A DNA stretch of 64,000 nt from an uncultured Bacteroidota bacterium (GCA_903837285.1 CAILUD010000009.1:3284-67283), one strand, 5' to 3'. Positions 1 through 10,593 are shown, counted from the stretch's first letter. A program made the numbers and translations. The notes: generated by a model not told the origin, from the sequence alone.

Positions 1-3000
1 TTGAAGCCAATGCTAAAAATTGATTTACTTTATTAACTGGCACTTGCTCTTTAAACGCGCCTATTTGTACCTTAAAATTAATTGCACTTTTATCAGCAGG
101 TAAATTATTATTTTGTTTTACTTCTACAGTCTGTTCTGGATACTTAACTTCAACCTGCTCTGTATTGGCACCTGGATTTTGCATTTCAATTTTAGTTGCC
201 TCAACTACACTTATTCTTTTACCATTATAATATGCAGACACAAAAGCATCAGGTATTCCAAGTTGAATTATTCTGTTTTTTTCATTATCAGCTTTTTTGA
301 AATCGGAATATTTTCCGGTAGTGTAACGAATAAATCCATAAGCCTGTTCTTCATATATTGGTGAAAGATTTTTTAAATCTTCTGAAGAAACTGGATTTTT
401 ATATACACCTATTTGTACAGTATAAAATAAACCAGAAGTTGTTGATACGTTAGTGGAATTCACTACCTGTTTAACATTATTCTGAGCAGTTGTATTATTT
501 ACCTGATTATTGTTATTATTCTGATTATTTATATTTGCATTCTGATTAACTGCAGCAACTGTTCTATTTTTAACTTTTTCAACCTCAGCTTGAGCCAACA
601 AATTATAATTTTCATTATCTCCACCATCTTTAAGCATTCTGCGGGCATCAAATAACGAAATACGTTTTCCATCTTTATATGCTACAACAAAGGCATCGGT
701 ATAGCCAATTGGCTTAATTTGATTACGAACAATATTTGCAGCATCCTCAGAATAAAATAAGCCTACATAATACCTAACATACTGACTTCCTTCAAGTGTT
801 TCGCCAGTTATTGGATTTAAACCTTTAAAAGCCTCATTTTTAACAGGTGCTTTGAATGCTCCAATTTGAACTTTAAATACTATTCCTTCGGGTAAAGGAA
901 CATTCATAGGAATTGGACTGGTATTGTTATAAGCATTAACTGGAAGTATTGAGAAGCCAAATCCTGTTTTATTTAACGCCTCGGTAATTGACTTATTTGA
1001 AGTGTTATTATCCGGTGGATTAACAAAATTTGTGTTTATATTATTTGTTACATTATTATTTTCAACTACCAGATTAGTTTTTGTAGCAGTATCAACAGGT
1101 GAAACATTATTTATTACTACGTTGTTATTTTGATTATTGTTTTCAATAACTGTATTTTTCACATTGTTAGAAGTATCTACAGGTGTTGTATTATTTTCTA
1201 CAATTAAATTTGTTTTTGTGGTTGTATCAACTGGAGAAATATTATTTATAACTACATTGTTATTTTGATTATTGTTTTCAATAACTGTATTTTTTACTTT
1301 GTTAGCTGTATCGACTGGTGTTGTATTATTTTCTACAATTAAATTTGTTTTTGTGGTTGTATCAACTGGTGTTGTATTGTTTTCGACTACTAAATTTGTT
1401 TTTGTGGTTGTATCTACTGGTGTTGTATTATTTTCAACAATTAAATTTGTTTTGGAGGTTGTATCGACTGGAGTTGTATTATTTTCAACAATTACATTTG
1501 TTTTTGTACTTGTATCAACCGGAGAAATATTATTTACTACTACGTTGTTATTTTGATTATTATTTTCAACAACAGTATTTTTTACCTTGTTAGCAGTATC
1601 TACAGGTGTTGTATTATTTTCTACAATTAAATTTGTTTTTGTGGTTGTATCAACTGGAGAAATATTATTTAAAACTACATTGTTATTTTGATTATTGTTT
1701 TCAATAACTGTATTTTTTACTTTGTTAGCTGTATCGACTGGTGTTGTATTGTTTTCGACTACTAAATTTGTTTTTGTGGTTGTATCGATTTGAGTTTCAA
1801 TATGTGTAATGTCAGCATTAGTTTTAACTATTAAATTATTGTTTTGATTATTATTTTTAGCAGGATGTTTTAATGCATATTCTTTTATTTCATCATCTAA
1901 AGGTTTTAAATTTAGGTAAATTCCATAGGCTCTTTCCTGATCTTCAATTGCTTCTTCTTCAAGCTTTATTGCCTCTAAAGCTATAACATATGCTTTACGA
2001 GCATCTTCTTTCATGAAAGCTTTTTCGGTAAGGGCTTTACCTTTTGAAAATTTTGCATTTGCATCTTTTTCTAATTGTTTACCTTGTCTGGCCTCGTTTG
2101 TATTATCGTTTAAACGGGTTTTCTTGAAATTCTCTTTATATAAATAAAAACGTGCATCATTTATACTTTCGTTAATTTCAACTGAAGTAAACTGACTAGC
2201 AAACATATTCTTTTCAACCTTTGGAATTTGCTTCTCGGCCTTCTTCTTATCTTTTGCGTTTGCAGGTAACTCAACTATTTTTTGCAGACTATCTAATTCA
2301 GCTTTAAATTTATTTGCATCAGCTATTAATTGATTTGAAATAACTCTTTTCTTTTCAACCTCATCTAGCCGAATTAATTCTTCTTCGGTTAAACTAAGTT
2401 TAGAAACAATTCTACTTGTTTTAATTCTTACAATTTCATTAACATCAACAGGCTGATTTAATACATCGAGTCTATCAACCTTTGTTAAGCCATTTGTTGA
2501 AACAAAGAACACGGGATTTACATCTGTTAGCACATCTACAGCATATTCCTGACTAGATAGTGCTTTATTCTCAAAATCTGTTGCACGCTTTAATTCCTCG
2601 ACTTTTAAATTTTTATCTGTAATACTATTTGCATTCTGTTTAATTTTAATGGCTTCGGCAAAATAAAAATCGGCTTCACTTGTATATTGTTTTGCAATTG
2701 ACTTATTATTACCTACATCAGGGGAAGATGCTTGAAACTGTTTTATTTGATTTTGATAAACCCTAAATTTTAAACTATCAGCATTACCATAATACTTGTA
2801 TGCATTAAGCATTTGATCAAGTGCTTTTTGTTCTTTTGCATCAATCCCTTTTAATAGTTGCTGTTTTTCTTTGGTAGAAAAAGTTGCTGCTGCCTGATTT
2901 CTTTTAACTTCAATTTCTGCCAATACCTTTTTTGACTCGGCTAATAAAACATCAGCTTTATGTGTTTCGGTATTATAAGTTTTTAATTGATTCTCTTCGT

Positions 3001-6000
3001 CGGGATTTAAAGTAATCGCAACAGTTCTGGGAACTAAATTAGTGTCGGGAGAAACTGTATTAAAGTTTTTGTTTGCATTTAGATTTGAAACATTGTTAGC
3101 ATTATTAACATTGCTAACATTATTTACAGTTTGATTTTCGGCAGTTAAATTTGTTTGAGACTTTTTAAATAAATCGATAGAATACTTTTGTTTTTGAATT
3201 GCAATTTGCTCAATGTTATCAGCTTTATTATATTCCAATAATACTTCCTCTGGCTTACCTAACAATTCTGCATCTTTGCGGACATTTGCAGCTTTTTCAA
3301 AATAGATTTCTGCTTCTTTATCAAGCATATTTGCTAATCTTATATCTGGATTTGTAAGATCTATTTTTTTATTAGCATCAATTACATCTTTATAAATAGA
3401 TGCTGCATCCTGATTAGATTCCTTTGAAACAGTTGCATATTTTTTAATATACTCATCTTGTTTCTCAAGTTTTAAAATAAGTTCTTTATCTATTTGTTTT
3501 TGAGTTTTTGCATCAGCAGTTTCGCGTTTTTTATTTAAATCGTTGATTTCTGCAGTTATTTCAGAATAATTTTTTTGAACTCCTTTAAGATATTCGCGAT
3601 CATTTTCAACTAAACTCATTATTTGCTTTTGCTCATTACTTAAATTTAATTGACTCTTCATTTTATATTGAGTCGCATTAAGAACTAGCTGTTCATTTGT
3701 TACAGAATTAGTATCTACCTCAGAAACTGCTTCACCACGTAATTTATCTGCATTTAATTTGCTTTGATTTCTGATTTGAGTGTTTTTTTCTACATCTTTA
3801 TTCAATTCAGCAATTTGTTTTTCGATAGATGTTTTCGTAGCCTGATCTGTTGTATTACTCAAACTGTATTTCAACATATCAACTTTGGTTCTTTGGTCCC
3901 TAACTAAATTCTCATAATACTGAGAATTTAAAACTTCCTTTTGATAAGAAACAAGCTTTGAGTCTTTATTTGACGAATTCTCATTATTAAACGGGAAAAC
4001 AGAATTACTATTATAAATATTTGTGTTATTATTTGTTGCAAGAGTTTTATCATTTGCTTTAGCTTGTTTTAACAAATCATCACTTTGCTTACGTTTTAAC
4101 TCTTTTAAATCGTTAAGTTGAGTAATTTCATTATAGGCAGCAGCATGCTTTTTAGGATCGGTTATACTCGCCATTGCCTTCTCTTTTGAAGAAATAACAG
4201 ATTGTAATGAGTCGGCTATTCTACCACTTTTCTCGGCTTGAGTATAAAGATTTTCTGGTTTTGAAGTATTACCAGACTCAATATTATTTGTAACTTTATT
4301 ATTATTTTGAATATTGTTATTTGCAGTAATATTATTATTCTGTAAAACCGTATTTGCATTTTTAACATCTACACTAAGTTCCTTTTCAAATATATCTTTA
4401 TGTAGCTGATCTTTGTTAATACTTTTTGTTAACACCGCTATATCTTGTGTTGATCTATTATCAGAAGTTACATTCGTTTGTAAATTCTTTAGAAACTTTA
4501 TTTCATCCTGTAAATTATCACTGGCTAATTTTGACTTCTCGTAGTTTTCTTCTAATAATGAATCTTTTTCCTGATAGCTTACAAGTTGTTTGTTTTTATT
4601 TTCTAATTGTTTTGACAGTTCAGTTTTCTTTGTATTATCATTTTCGTTATCTATCTGCTGTTTTAAAGTACTTACCTCATCTTCTATACTTGAAATATCA
4701 TTTTTATTAGCATTAAATTCTTTTTCATTTTGCAAAAACTCAACTTGCTTTGTATTTGCAAGGTTAGTTCTGTTTTCAATTTCATTTTCGATTGTTGTAT
4801 ACTTATTCTGGCTGCTACTTAATCGTTCTTTATTTTTATTTACAATATCAACCAGACTTTCATTATTAGAATTATCTGCATTACTTATAGCCTCTTTAAT
4901 GTTTTTAGTTTTAGATGCATCTTTCTCAATATCACTAGCTACCTGATCTAAATTCTTTGCTAAGTTATATGCTGTTACTGCATTATTTTCAAGATTTTCT
5001 GCATCAGTTATTAAATTATAAATCTCTTGTTTTTTCTTTTCTGCTTGGTTTTGATCAGATATTTTATTTAATTCTGTTGTTTTATCGCTTGCAATTTTTC
5101 TTTTGTTATTTGCCTCATTATTTTTTTCGATAGCTGATAAATATGCTAAATCGCTTTGCTTTCTTAAATTATTAGCCTGCTCACTTACTACCTTTTCATC
5201 ATTAGCAACTTCGGCACTTAATTGTTGAGTTGTTACATTTGGAGTATACGAAATAGGCTTAAATTTATATCCAGACTGATTTTGAAGACTATTGTTATTA
5301 GTATTATTTTGAGCTAACACCTGTTTATTTGCAAGTTCATTATGAAAATTTTCAGCTTTCTTAATATCAGCTAAAGTAGACACCTCGAGTTTTGATGTAT
5401 TTATAATTTCGTCAATATTATTAAATTGTCTTTCTATCGGCTTTTTATCAACTACAATTTTATAAACTGAAATGTTGTCGCCCGTAGTTTCACGATTTGA
5501 TGCAAAATAAGCATAAAGTTCATCTTTATCTGTAATAAAAAGATAATCATCGTAAGGAGTATTTGTAGGAAAATCGAGATTTACTGGTTTTGTCCATACT
5601 TTTGCAGTGCTATCATAAACAGATTTAAAAATATCGTATCCTCCCATACTATTATGGCCCTTGGATGAAAAATACAATGTTTTACCATCTGCCTGCAAAA
5701 AAGCATAATCTTCATCATAAGGAGTATTAACTACTGGACCAATATTTTCGGGTTTGCCCCATTTACCGAGGGAATCTTTCTTTATTTTATAAATATCCCG
5801 GCCGTTTACATTTTTATCTCCATAGCTCCCATAAAACACTTCCGTTGCATTATTTGGAAAGAATATAACATTATTTACAGTTTCTAATTTTTTATCAATT
5901 TTAGATTTAAATTCAGGTGGTTTTACAATTAATTTACCTCCAAAATCTTTTAATTCGTATGAGTAATAAAAATTATCACTTTTAATTTTCTTATTGTCTA

Positions 6001-6484
6001 CAACAGCTAAATCGCTTATAAAACGAATTAAATCTTTTCCATTGTTGCACATTGCAATTCTGCTATCAAGCAAATATTTCTTTTTATCTGCAGGCAATGC
6101 TTTTTTGGAATAAATATCATAATTACTTAACGCTTCATCAAACTTATAACTTAAATGAAACGCTCTTCCCAGATAAAACTTAATAAGAGGATTATCGCTT
6201 TTACTATCTGCAAACTGTAAATATTTTATTGCTTTTTCAATTTGCTGGTTTGTTTCAATTAAACATACTGCATAACCAAAATTATAGTTTGGTTCCTTTG
6301 GGAAAAGACTTAATAACTGTGAAAACAAAGGGAGTGCTTCAGGGAAATTTTCAGCTCTAAAAAGAGTATAAGCCTTTTGTTCTAGCTCAGTTTCTTGTGC
6401 CGATTTAGCTTTATCTTGAGCTTGCAAATTAATAACACAAGAAAAAGATAAAAAACAAAATAAAATAACTACTCTAATAATCAT
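1..6484 (-). CDS. Giant envelope protein (>2,161 aa, C-terminus beyond left edge): signal peptide, TPR-like helices, PD40/TolB-like propeller repeats, ~1,200-aa K/E/N/Q-rich helical region, nested tandem repeats, at least 3 SPOR-like domains
   Basis: Absent from the ORF track because it is edge-truncated. Manual reverse-complement translation from ATG 6484..6482 (MIIRVVILFCFLSFSCVINLQAQD...) stays open to position 2. That is 2,161 codons plus 1 nt, so the frame closes exactly. Motifs: DGKTLYFSSKGHNSMGGYDIF (PD40-like); FKVQIGAFKAPV...GYTDAFVVAYKDGKRI, YTVQIGVYKNPV...GIPDAFVSAYYNGKRI and FKVQIGAFKEQVP (SPOR-like). Confidence 0.8.
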   Translation of the reverse strand, partial: MIIRVVILFCFLSFSCVINLQAQDKAKSAQETELEQKAYTLFRAENFPEALPLFSQLLSLFPKEPNYNFGYAVCLIETNQQIEKAIKYLQFADSKSDNPLIKFYLGRAFHLSYKFDEALSNYDIYSKKALPADKKKYLLDSRIAMCNNGKDLIRFISDLAVVDNKKIKSDNFYYSYELKDFGGKLIVKPPEFKSKIDKKLETVNNVIFFPNNATEVFYGSYGDKNVNGRDIYKIKKDSLGKWGKPENIGPVVNTPYDEDYAFLQADGKTLYFSSKGHNSMGGYDIFKSVYDSTAKVWTKPVNLDFPTNTPYDDYLFITDKDELYAYFASNRETTGDNISVYKIVVDKKPIERQFNNIDEIINTSKLEVSTLADIKKAENFHNELANKQVLAQNNTNNNSLQNQSGYKFKPISYTPNVTTQQLSAEVANDEKVVSEQANNLRKQSDLAYLSAIEKNNEANNKRKIASDKTTELNKISDQNQAEKKKQEIYNLITDAENLENNAVTAYNLAKNLDQVASDIEKDASKTKNIKEAISNADNSNNESLVDIVNKNKERLSSSQNKYTTIENEIENRTNLANTKQVEFLQNEKEFNANKNDISSIEDEVSTLKQQIDNENDNTKKTELSKQLENKNKQLVSYQEKDSLLEENYEKSKLASDNLQDEIKFLKNLQTNVTSDNRSTQDIAVLTKSINKDQLHKDIFEKELSVDVKNANTVLQNNNITANNNIQNNNKVTNNIESGNTSKPENLYTQAEKSGRIADSLQSVISSKEKAMASITDPKKHAAAYNEITQLNDLKELKRKQSDDLLKQAKANDKTLATNNNTNIYNSNSVFPFNNENSSNKDSKLVSYQKEVLNSQYYENLVRDQRTKVDMLKYSLSNTTDQATKTSIEKQIAELNKDVEKNTQIRNQSKLNADKLRGEAVSEVDTNSVTNEQLVLNATQYKMKSQLNLSNEQKQIMSLVENDREYLKGVQKNYSEITAEINDLNKKRETADAKTQKQIDKELILKLEKQDEYIKKYATVSKESNQDAASIYKDVIDANKKIDLTNPDIRLANMLDKEAEIYFEKAANVRKDAELLGKPEEVLLEYNKADNIEQIAIQKQKYSIDLFKKSQTNLTAENQTVNNVSNVNNANNVSNLNANKNFNTVSPDTNLVPRTVAITLNPDEENQLKTYNTETHKADVLLAESKKVLAEIEVKRNQAAATFSTKEKQQLLKGIDAKEQKALDQMLNAYKYYGNADSLKFRVYQNQIKQFQASSPDVGNNKSIAKQYTSEADFYFAEAIKIKQNANSITDKNLKVEELKRATDFENKALSSQEYAVDVLTDVNPVFFVSTNGLTKVDRLDVLNQPVDVNEIVRIKTSRIVSKLSLTEEELIRLDEVEKKRVISNQLIADANKFKAELDSLQKIVELPANAKDKKKAEKQIPKVEKNMFASQFTSVEINESINDARFYLYKENFKKTRLNDNTNEARQGKQLEKDANAKFSKGKALTEKAFMKEDARKAYVIALEAIKLEEEAIEDQERAYGIYLNLKPLDDEIKEYALKHPAKNNNQNNNLIVKTNADITHIETQIDTTTKTNLVVENNTTPVDTANKVKNTVIENNNQNNNVVLNNISPVDTTTKTNLIVENNTTPVDTANKVKNTVVENNNQNNNVVVNNISPVDTSTKTNVIVENNTTPVDTTSKTNLIVENNTTPVDTTTKTNLVVENNTTPVDTTTKTNLIVENNTTPVDTANKVKNTVIENNNQNNNVVINNISPVDTTTKTNLIVENNTTPVDTSNNVKNTVIENNNQNNNVVINNVSPVDTATKTNLVVENNNVTNNINTNFVNPPDNNTSNKSITEALNKTGFGFSILPVNAYNNTSPIPMNVPLPEGIVFKVQIGAFKAPVKNEAFKGLNPITGETLEGSQYVRYYVGLFYSEDAANIVRNQIKPIGYTDAFVVAYKDGKRISLFDARRMLKDGGDNENYNLLAQAEVEKVKNRTVAAVNQNANINNQNNNNNQVNNTTAQNNVKQVVNSTNVSTTSGLFYTVQIGVYKNPVSSEDLKNLSPIYEEQAYGFIRYTTGKYSDFKKADNEKNRIIQLGIPDAFVSAYYNGKRISVVEATKIEMQNPGANTEQVEVKYPEQTVEVKQNNNLPADKSAINFKVQIGAFKEQVPVNKVNQFLALAS
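1091..1783 (-). repeat. Nested in-frame tandem repeat inside the giant CDS: 135-nt units x4 and 51-nt units x3, order A-A-B-B-B-A-A
   Basis: Unit boundaries read directly: A 1091-1225, A 1226-1360, B 1361-1411, B 1412-1462, B 1463-1513, A 1514-1648, A 1649-1783. The B unit encodes TTTKTNLIVENNTTPVD. A2 and A4 differ at about 5 of 135 nt. Confidence 0.9.
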
Positions 6485-6705
6485 TATAAATCCTAAATAA
6501 TATAATTCAAGTTTTACATTAAAACTCAAATTTTGTTACGAAATTAAACATTTTTTAATACTAAATATCAATGCATCATATTTTTTAGTTAATAGTGCAG
6601 CAAAAAACAAGCCATTAGCGACCAAAATATTTTCTAGCAAATACAATATATTTAGAATGTTAACTCAATTTTTGATAAATAATATATAATTCAAAATATT
6701 TTACG

Positions 6706-6713
6706 TAAGTTTG
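6706..6713 (+). promoter_or_regulatory. Bacteroidetes-type -7 box TAAGTTTG (TAnnTTTG)
   Basis: Exact consensus match 50 nt upstream of ATG 6763. Confidence 0.4.
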
Positions 6714-6762
6714 AATACATATCAAACAATAATTCATTTAACTTATTTATAATTAATTGCAA

Positions 6763-9648
6763 ATGAAAACCTGGTTAATGTTTTATGTCTTTTTAGGAAT
6801 ACTCTTTATTAATGGAGTTAGTCAAGAGGTTGAATGGAAAAAACCTATAGTTGAAAAATACACTTTAGAAAATGGCTTAACAATTATTTTAAACGAAGAC
6901 CATTCGAGGCCAATGGTATACGGTATCATAGTTACCAAAGCCGGCTCAAAAAATGATCCAGCTGACGCAACAGGAATGGCTCATTATATGGAGCATATGT
7001 TATTTAAAGGCACAGATGTTTTAGGAACAACTGACTGGAGTGCAGAAAAACCATTTATTGATAAAATATTTTCTCTTTATGAAGAATTAGGAAAAACAAC
7101 TGATTCCGAAAAGAGAAAAGAAATTCAACTAAATATAAATCAGGCATCTCTTGAAGCAAACAAATACGCTATCCCCAACGAGATGGATAAAGTTATTAAA
7201 AGCATTGGAGGAATTGATTTAAATGCAAATACTAGTCCAGATAGAACCGTTTATCATAATGCATTTCCATCAAACCAAATAAATAAATGGCTAGAAATAT
7301 ACAGTCAACGTTTTATAAATCCTGTATTTAGAGGGTTTCAATCTGAATTGGAAGTAGTTTATGAAGAGAAAAATCTTTATTCGGACATGTTTCAGTTTAA
7401 GCTTTTTGAGGAGTTCAGTAAAGCTTCATTTAAAAATCATCCATACGGTCAACAAGCACTTATAGGAACAATTGATCATTTAAAAAATCCTTCTTTAAAT
7501 AAAATGTTTAAATTTTTTACAACTTATTATGTTCCAAACAATATGGCACTTGTTTTATCTGGAGATTTCGACACAAAAGAAACTCTTGAGTTGATTAAAG
7601 AAAAATTTGGAAGATGGAAAAAAACTGAATTGCCCGAGAAAAAAGAATGGAAAGAAGTTCCTTTTAATGGACGTGAATTAGTTGAAATGAAATTAACACC
7701 AATTAAAATTGGGATGCTTGGATTTAGAACAGTTCCTGCCGGCGATAAAGAAGAAATTGCCATTCAAATTTGTAACGGAATACTTTCAAATGGCAATCAA
7801 ACTGGATTATTAGATAAATTAACAATTGACAATAAATTACTAGCAGCTCAAATTTTTCCAATGCAATACAATGACTATGGCGAAAATGTAATTTTGATAG
7901 TACCAAAAATATTAGGTCAGAAACTTGAAGATGCTGAAGAACTTGTAATGCAAAAAATTGAAGATTTACGTAACGGAAATTTCGATGAATGGATGGTTGA
8001 TGCTATTAAAGCTGAAATGTACAAAGATTTTATGTTCGAAATGGAAAATGTAGAAAATCGTTCAATGTATTTTGCCGAATTATTTGGCCAAAACCAAGAT
8101 TTTGAATCTGCTTTTTTAATGCCCGAAAAAATTATGTCGATTACAAAACAAGATGTAATAAACACAGCAAAAAAATATTTTGGCAAAGATTATCTTGCTT
8201 TCTATTCTAAAATGGGATTTCCAAAGAAAGAAAAAATTGATAAACCAGGATACAAACCTGTGATTTCAAATACAGATGCAAAATCGGAATTTACAAAACA
8301 CTTAGAAACATTGCCATCAAAACCAATTGAAGAAAGATTTGTTGATTTTAGAACAGATGTTCAACAAAACAGAGTAAAAAAAGGAATAGGTTTTTATCAA
8401 ACCAAAAACCCATACAATGATATTTTCACACTTACCATAAAATATGGAATGGGCGAAACCTACCACCCACTTTTAACAAATGCAACACAACTTGCAAATC
8501 TATCAGGAACAACTGAACTAAAAGTAAACGAACTAAAAAACGAATTCAGTAAAATTGGTTGCACATATAGTATAAGTAGCGACAGGGATTACACAATTGT
8601 TGAATTAGAAGGAAAAGAAAGTCAGATTAAACCCGCACTAATATTATTAGGAAAACTAATACATAACCCTGTTTGCGAACCAGAAAAATTGGACATATTG
8701 TTAGAGGGCGAAAAATCTACCCGTAAAATGGAAGACAAAGAACCTGATAACATTGCAACTGCACTTTTTAGCTGGATAAAATATGGTAACAAATCAAACT
8801 TTATTGATAGGCCAACAGTTAAAGAATTAAAAGGAATTAGCACCGATTCATTATTGTCAGTATTTAAATTAGCTACAAATTTCGAAGCCGATGTGCATTT
8901 TGTTGGAAATTTACCATTTGATGAGATTATCTCTTATTTAAAAAATGATTATCGTTTTGCCGACAGACCATCAAACTCATTAGCCCCATCTAATTTAAGT
9001 GTAACAAAATATAATGAAAACACAATTTTTCTTGTTGACAAACCAAAAGCTCTTCAAAGTAAAATTTATTTTCTTATAAACGAAAAACCATTTTATAACG
9101 ACGATGAACCATATATCGATGCTTTTAATTTATATTTTGGTGGCGATTTTTCGGGGTTAGTTCTTCAGGAAGTGAGAGAATACCGTTCGTTGGCATACTC
9201 TGCTGGTGCTCGTTACTCGGTTCCTAAACAATCTGGAAAAGAAAGTCTTTTCTATGGTTTTATTGGAACACAAAGCGACAAAACACTTGAAGCTGTTAGT
9301 TTATTCGACTCACTTGTTAGAAAAATGCCTTTAAAACCAGAAAGAATAAATATGATAAAAGAATATTTAGCTCAGTCGTCTGTTGCCGAACATCCCGACT
9401 TTAGAAATGTAAGTCAATCAATTGCAAGCTGGAAATTATTAGGTTATAAAGAAGATCCTGCCAGGGTTAAAATTCCCGTTTATTACGAATTAACTTTTGA
9501 TGATATTAAAAAATTCTCCGACGATAATTTAAAAACTAAACCAATGGTTATTGGTATTGTTGGCGACGCCAAAAGAATAGACCAGAAAGAACTTACTAAA
9601 TACGGTAAAGTTGTAGTAATTAAACAAAAATCTCTTTTTAGGAATTAA
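6763..9648 (+). CDS. M16 (pitrilysin/insulinase) family zinc peptidase, double-module, secreted
   Basis: Inverted zinc motif HxxEH in GMAHYMEHMLFKGT and an N-terminal signal peptide. The ORF track starts at TTG 6757; ATG 6763 (MKTWLMFYVFLG) is preferred. Confidence 0.85.
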   Translation: MKTWLMFYVFLGILFINGVSQEVEWKKPIVEKYTLENGLTIILNEDHSRPMVYGIIVTKAGSKNDPADATGMAHYMEHMLFKGTDVLGTTDWSAEKPFIDKIFSLYEELGKTTDSEKRKEIQLNINQASLEANKYAIPNEMDKVIKSIGGIDLNANTSPDRTVYHNAFPSNQINKWLEIYSQRFINPVFRGFQSELEVVYEEKNLYSDMFQFKLFEEFSKASFKNHPYGQQALIGTIDHLKNPSLNKMFKFFTTYYVPNNMALVLSGDFDTKETLELIKEKFGRWKKTELPEKKEWKEVPFNGRELVEMKLTPIKIGMLGFRTVPAGDKEEIAIQICNGILSNGNQTGLLDKLTIDNKLLAAQIFPMQYNDYGENVILIVPKILGQKLEDAEELVMQKIEDLRNGNFDEWMVDAIKAEMYKDFMFEMENVENRSMYFAELFGQNQDFESAFLMPEKIMSITKQDVINTAKKYFGKDYLAFYSKMGFPKKEKIDKPGYKPVISNTDAKSEFTKHLETLPSKPIEERFVDFRTDVQQNRVKKGIGFYQTKNPYNDIFTLTIKYGMGETYHPLLTNATQLANLSGTTELKVNELKNEFSKIGCTYSISSDRDYTIVELEGKESQIKPALILLGKLIHNPVCEPEKLDILLEGEKSTRKMEDKEPDNIATALFSWIKYGNKSNFIDRPTVKELKGISTDSLLSVFKLATNFEADVHFVGNLPFDEIISYLKNDYRFADRPSNSLAPSNLSVTKYNENTIFLVDKPKALQSKIYFLINEKPFYNDDEPYIDAFNLYFGGDFSGLVLQEVREYRSLAYSAGARYSVPKQSGKESLFYGFIGTQSDKTLEAVSLFDSLVRKMPLKPERINMIKEYLAQSSVAEHPDFRNVSQSIASWKLLGYKEDPARVKIPVYYELTFDDIKKFSDDNLKTKPMVIGIVGDAKRIDQKELTKYGKVVVIKQKSLFRN

Positions 9649-9650
9649 AC

Positions 9651-9695
9651 AAATTTAAACCTAACAGGTTTTAGAAACCTGTTAGGTTTAAATTT
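9651..9695. terminator. Bidirectional hairpin between convergent genes
   Basis: Perfect 21-bp inverted repeat, aaatttaaacctaacaggttt / aaacctgttaggtttaaattt, around a 3-nt centre, with A/T runs on both sides. Confidence 0.7.
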
Positions 9696-10581
9696 ATTTA
9701 ACCTTTTCGTCCTCAGCTTGCAAAACCTCATTATTTGAGCTCTTATAAACAAAAGCCACAATTTTAAGGTTTTTATGCTTAAAATCTTTTTGTTTTAAAT
9801 TATAGAAATATGATTTAACAATTGAACTATCTTTATCTGTTTTAGTTGGATCTATTGTTACACCTAAATTTCCATTTAATCCATCTCTGTATACATGCAT
9901 ATGATTATAACTTGGAATTTCATTTGGGGTAACATCATAACTTTTCTGTGGTTTAATAATACTATCTTCAGTTATGCAACAATAGAACAATAAAGGTTCG
10001 GTAATATTTTCAAGAAAAGTGAGCTTAACATGAGTACAAAATGAACTATCGGTGCTGTTGTAATTATTAATTATTTGCATTCCAATTTTTGGTGATGTAT
10101 TAATAACAGATTGCACAACGGTTTCCCAAGAATTCCATGGAACAACCACACTTCCATTATAATTAATTCTGTTAATCATTCCCTGAGGTAATCCTAAATC
10201 AGAAATATGAAATGCTTGATCGACAAATGTTCCTTCATCGGTTCTAAAATCATAAGTAAATAAACCATTTACATCAGGTGAAGCATAAAAATCGCTTACA
10301 TGCATTGCATAAGAAACAATCGTATCGTCGCCGTATGTTGAAATTAGGTCATGTAATTTCACATGCGCTCTTGGACAATAACCACATTTATGACCTGTGA
10401 AATCTTCTACTAATACTTTTCGATAAACAATTCCAAGTGCCGGAAATTCTGGAACTGGACATTGCAATGGAATTACTTCTTCATTTTCGGTATAAGGACC
10501 TTCAATTTTATCGCAGCTAACAATAATCACCATTAGACTTAACCCTAACAATAAAAAAATATTCTGTATAATGTTTTTCAT
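9694..10581 (-). CDS. Lipoprotein with thioredoxin-like CGYC motif (Omp28-related type)
   Basis: Signal peptide plus lipobox (VIIVSC). Motif EDFTGHKCGYCPRAH, with C66-x-x-C69 at nt 10375..10386. The module is paralogous to the N-terminus of the 12842..14815 protein. Confidence 0.6.
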   Translation of the reverse strand: MKNIIQNIFLLLGLSLMVIIVSCDKIEGPYTENEEVIPLQCPVPEFPALGIVYRKVLVEDFTGHKCGYCPRAHVKLHDLISTYGDDTIVSYAMHVSDFYASPDVNGLFTYDFRTDEGTFVDQAFHISDLGLPQGMINRINYNGSVVVPWNSWETVVQSVINTSPKIGMQIINNYNSTDSSFCTHVKLTFLENITEPLLFYCCITEDSIIKPQKSYDVTPNEIPSYNHMHVYRDGLNGNLGVTIDPTKTDKDSSIVKSYFYNLKQKDFKHKNLKIVAFVYKSSNNEVLQAEDEKVK

Positions 10582-10593
10582 AAATATTCTTTT

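Noticed and set aside
1272-1593. Two plus-strand ORFs (94 and 91 aa) with striking internal repeats (VVSTGVVLFST...)
   Set aside because: They are antisense shadows of the tandem-repeat block in the minus-strand giant CDS. The hydrophobic repeat pattern is simply the complement of the N/T/V-rich codons.
4426-4946. Plus-strand ORFs of 94 and 118 aa
   Set aside because: They are antisense to the open minus-strand frame of the giant protein, have low-complexity F/L/S composition and no recognisable motifs.
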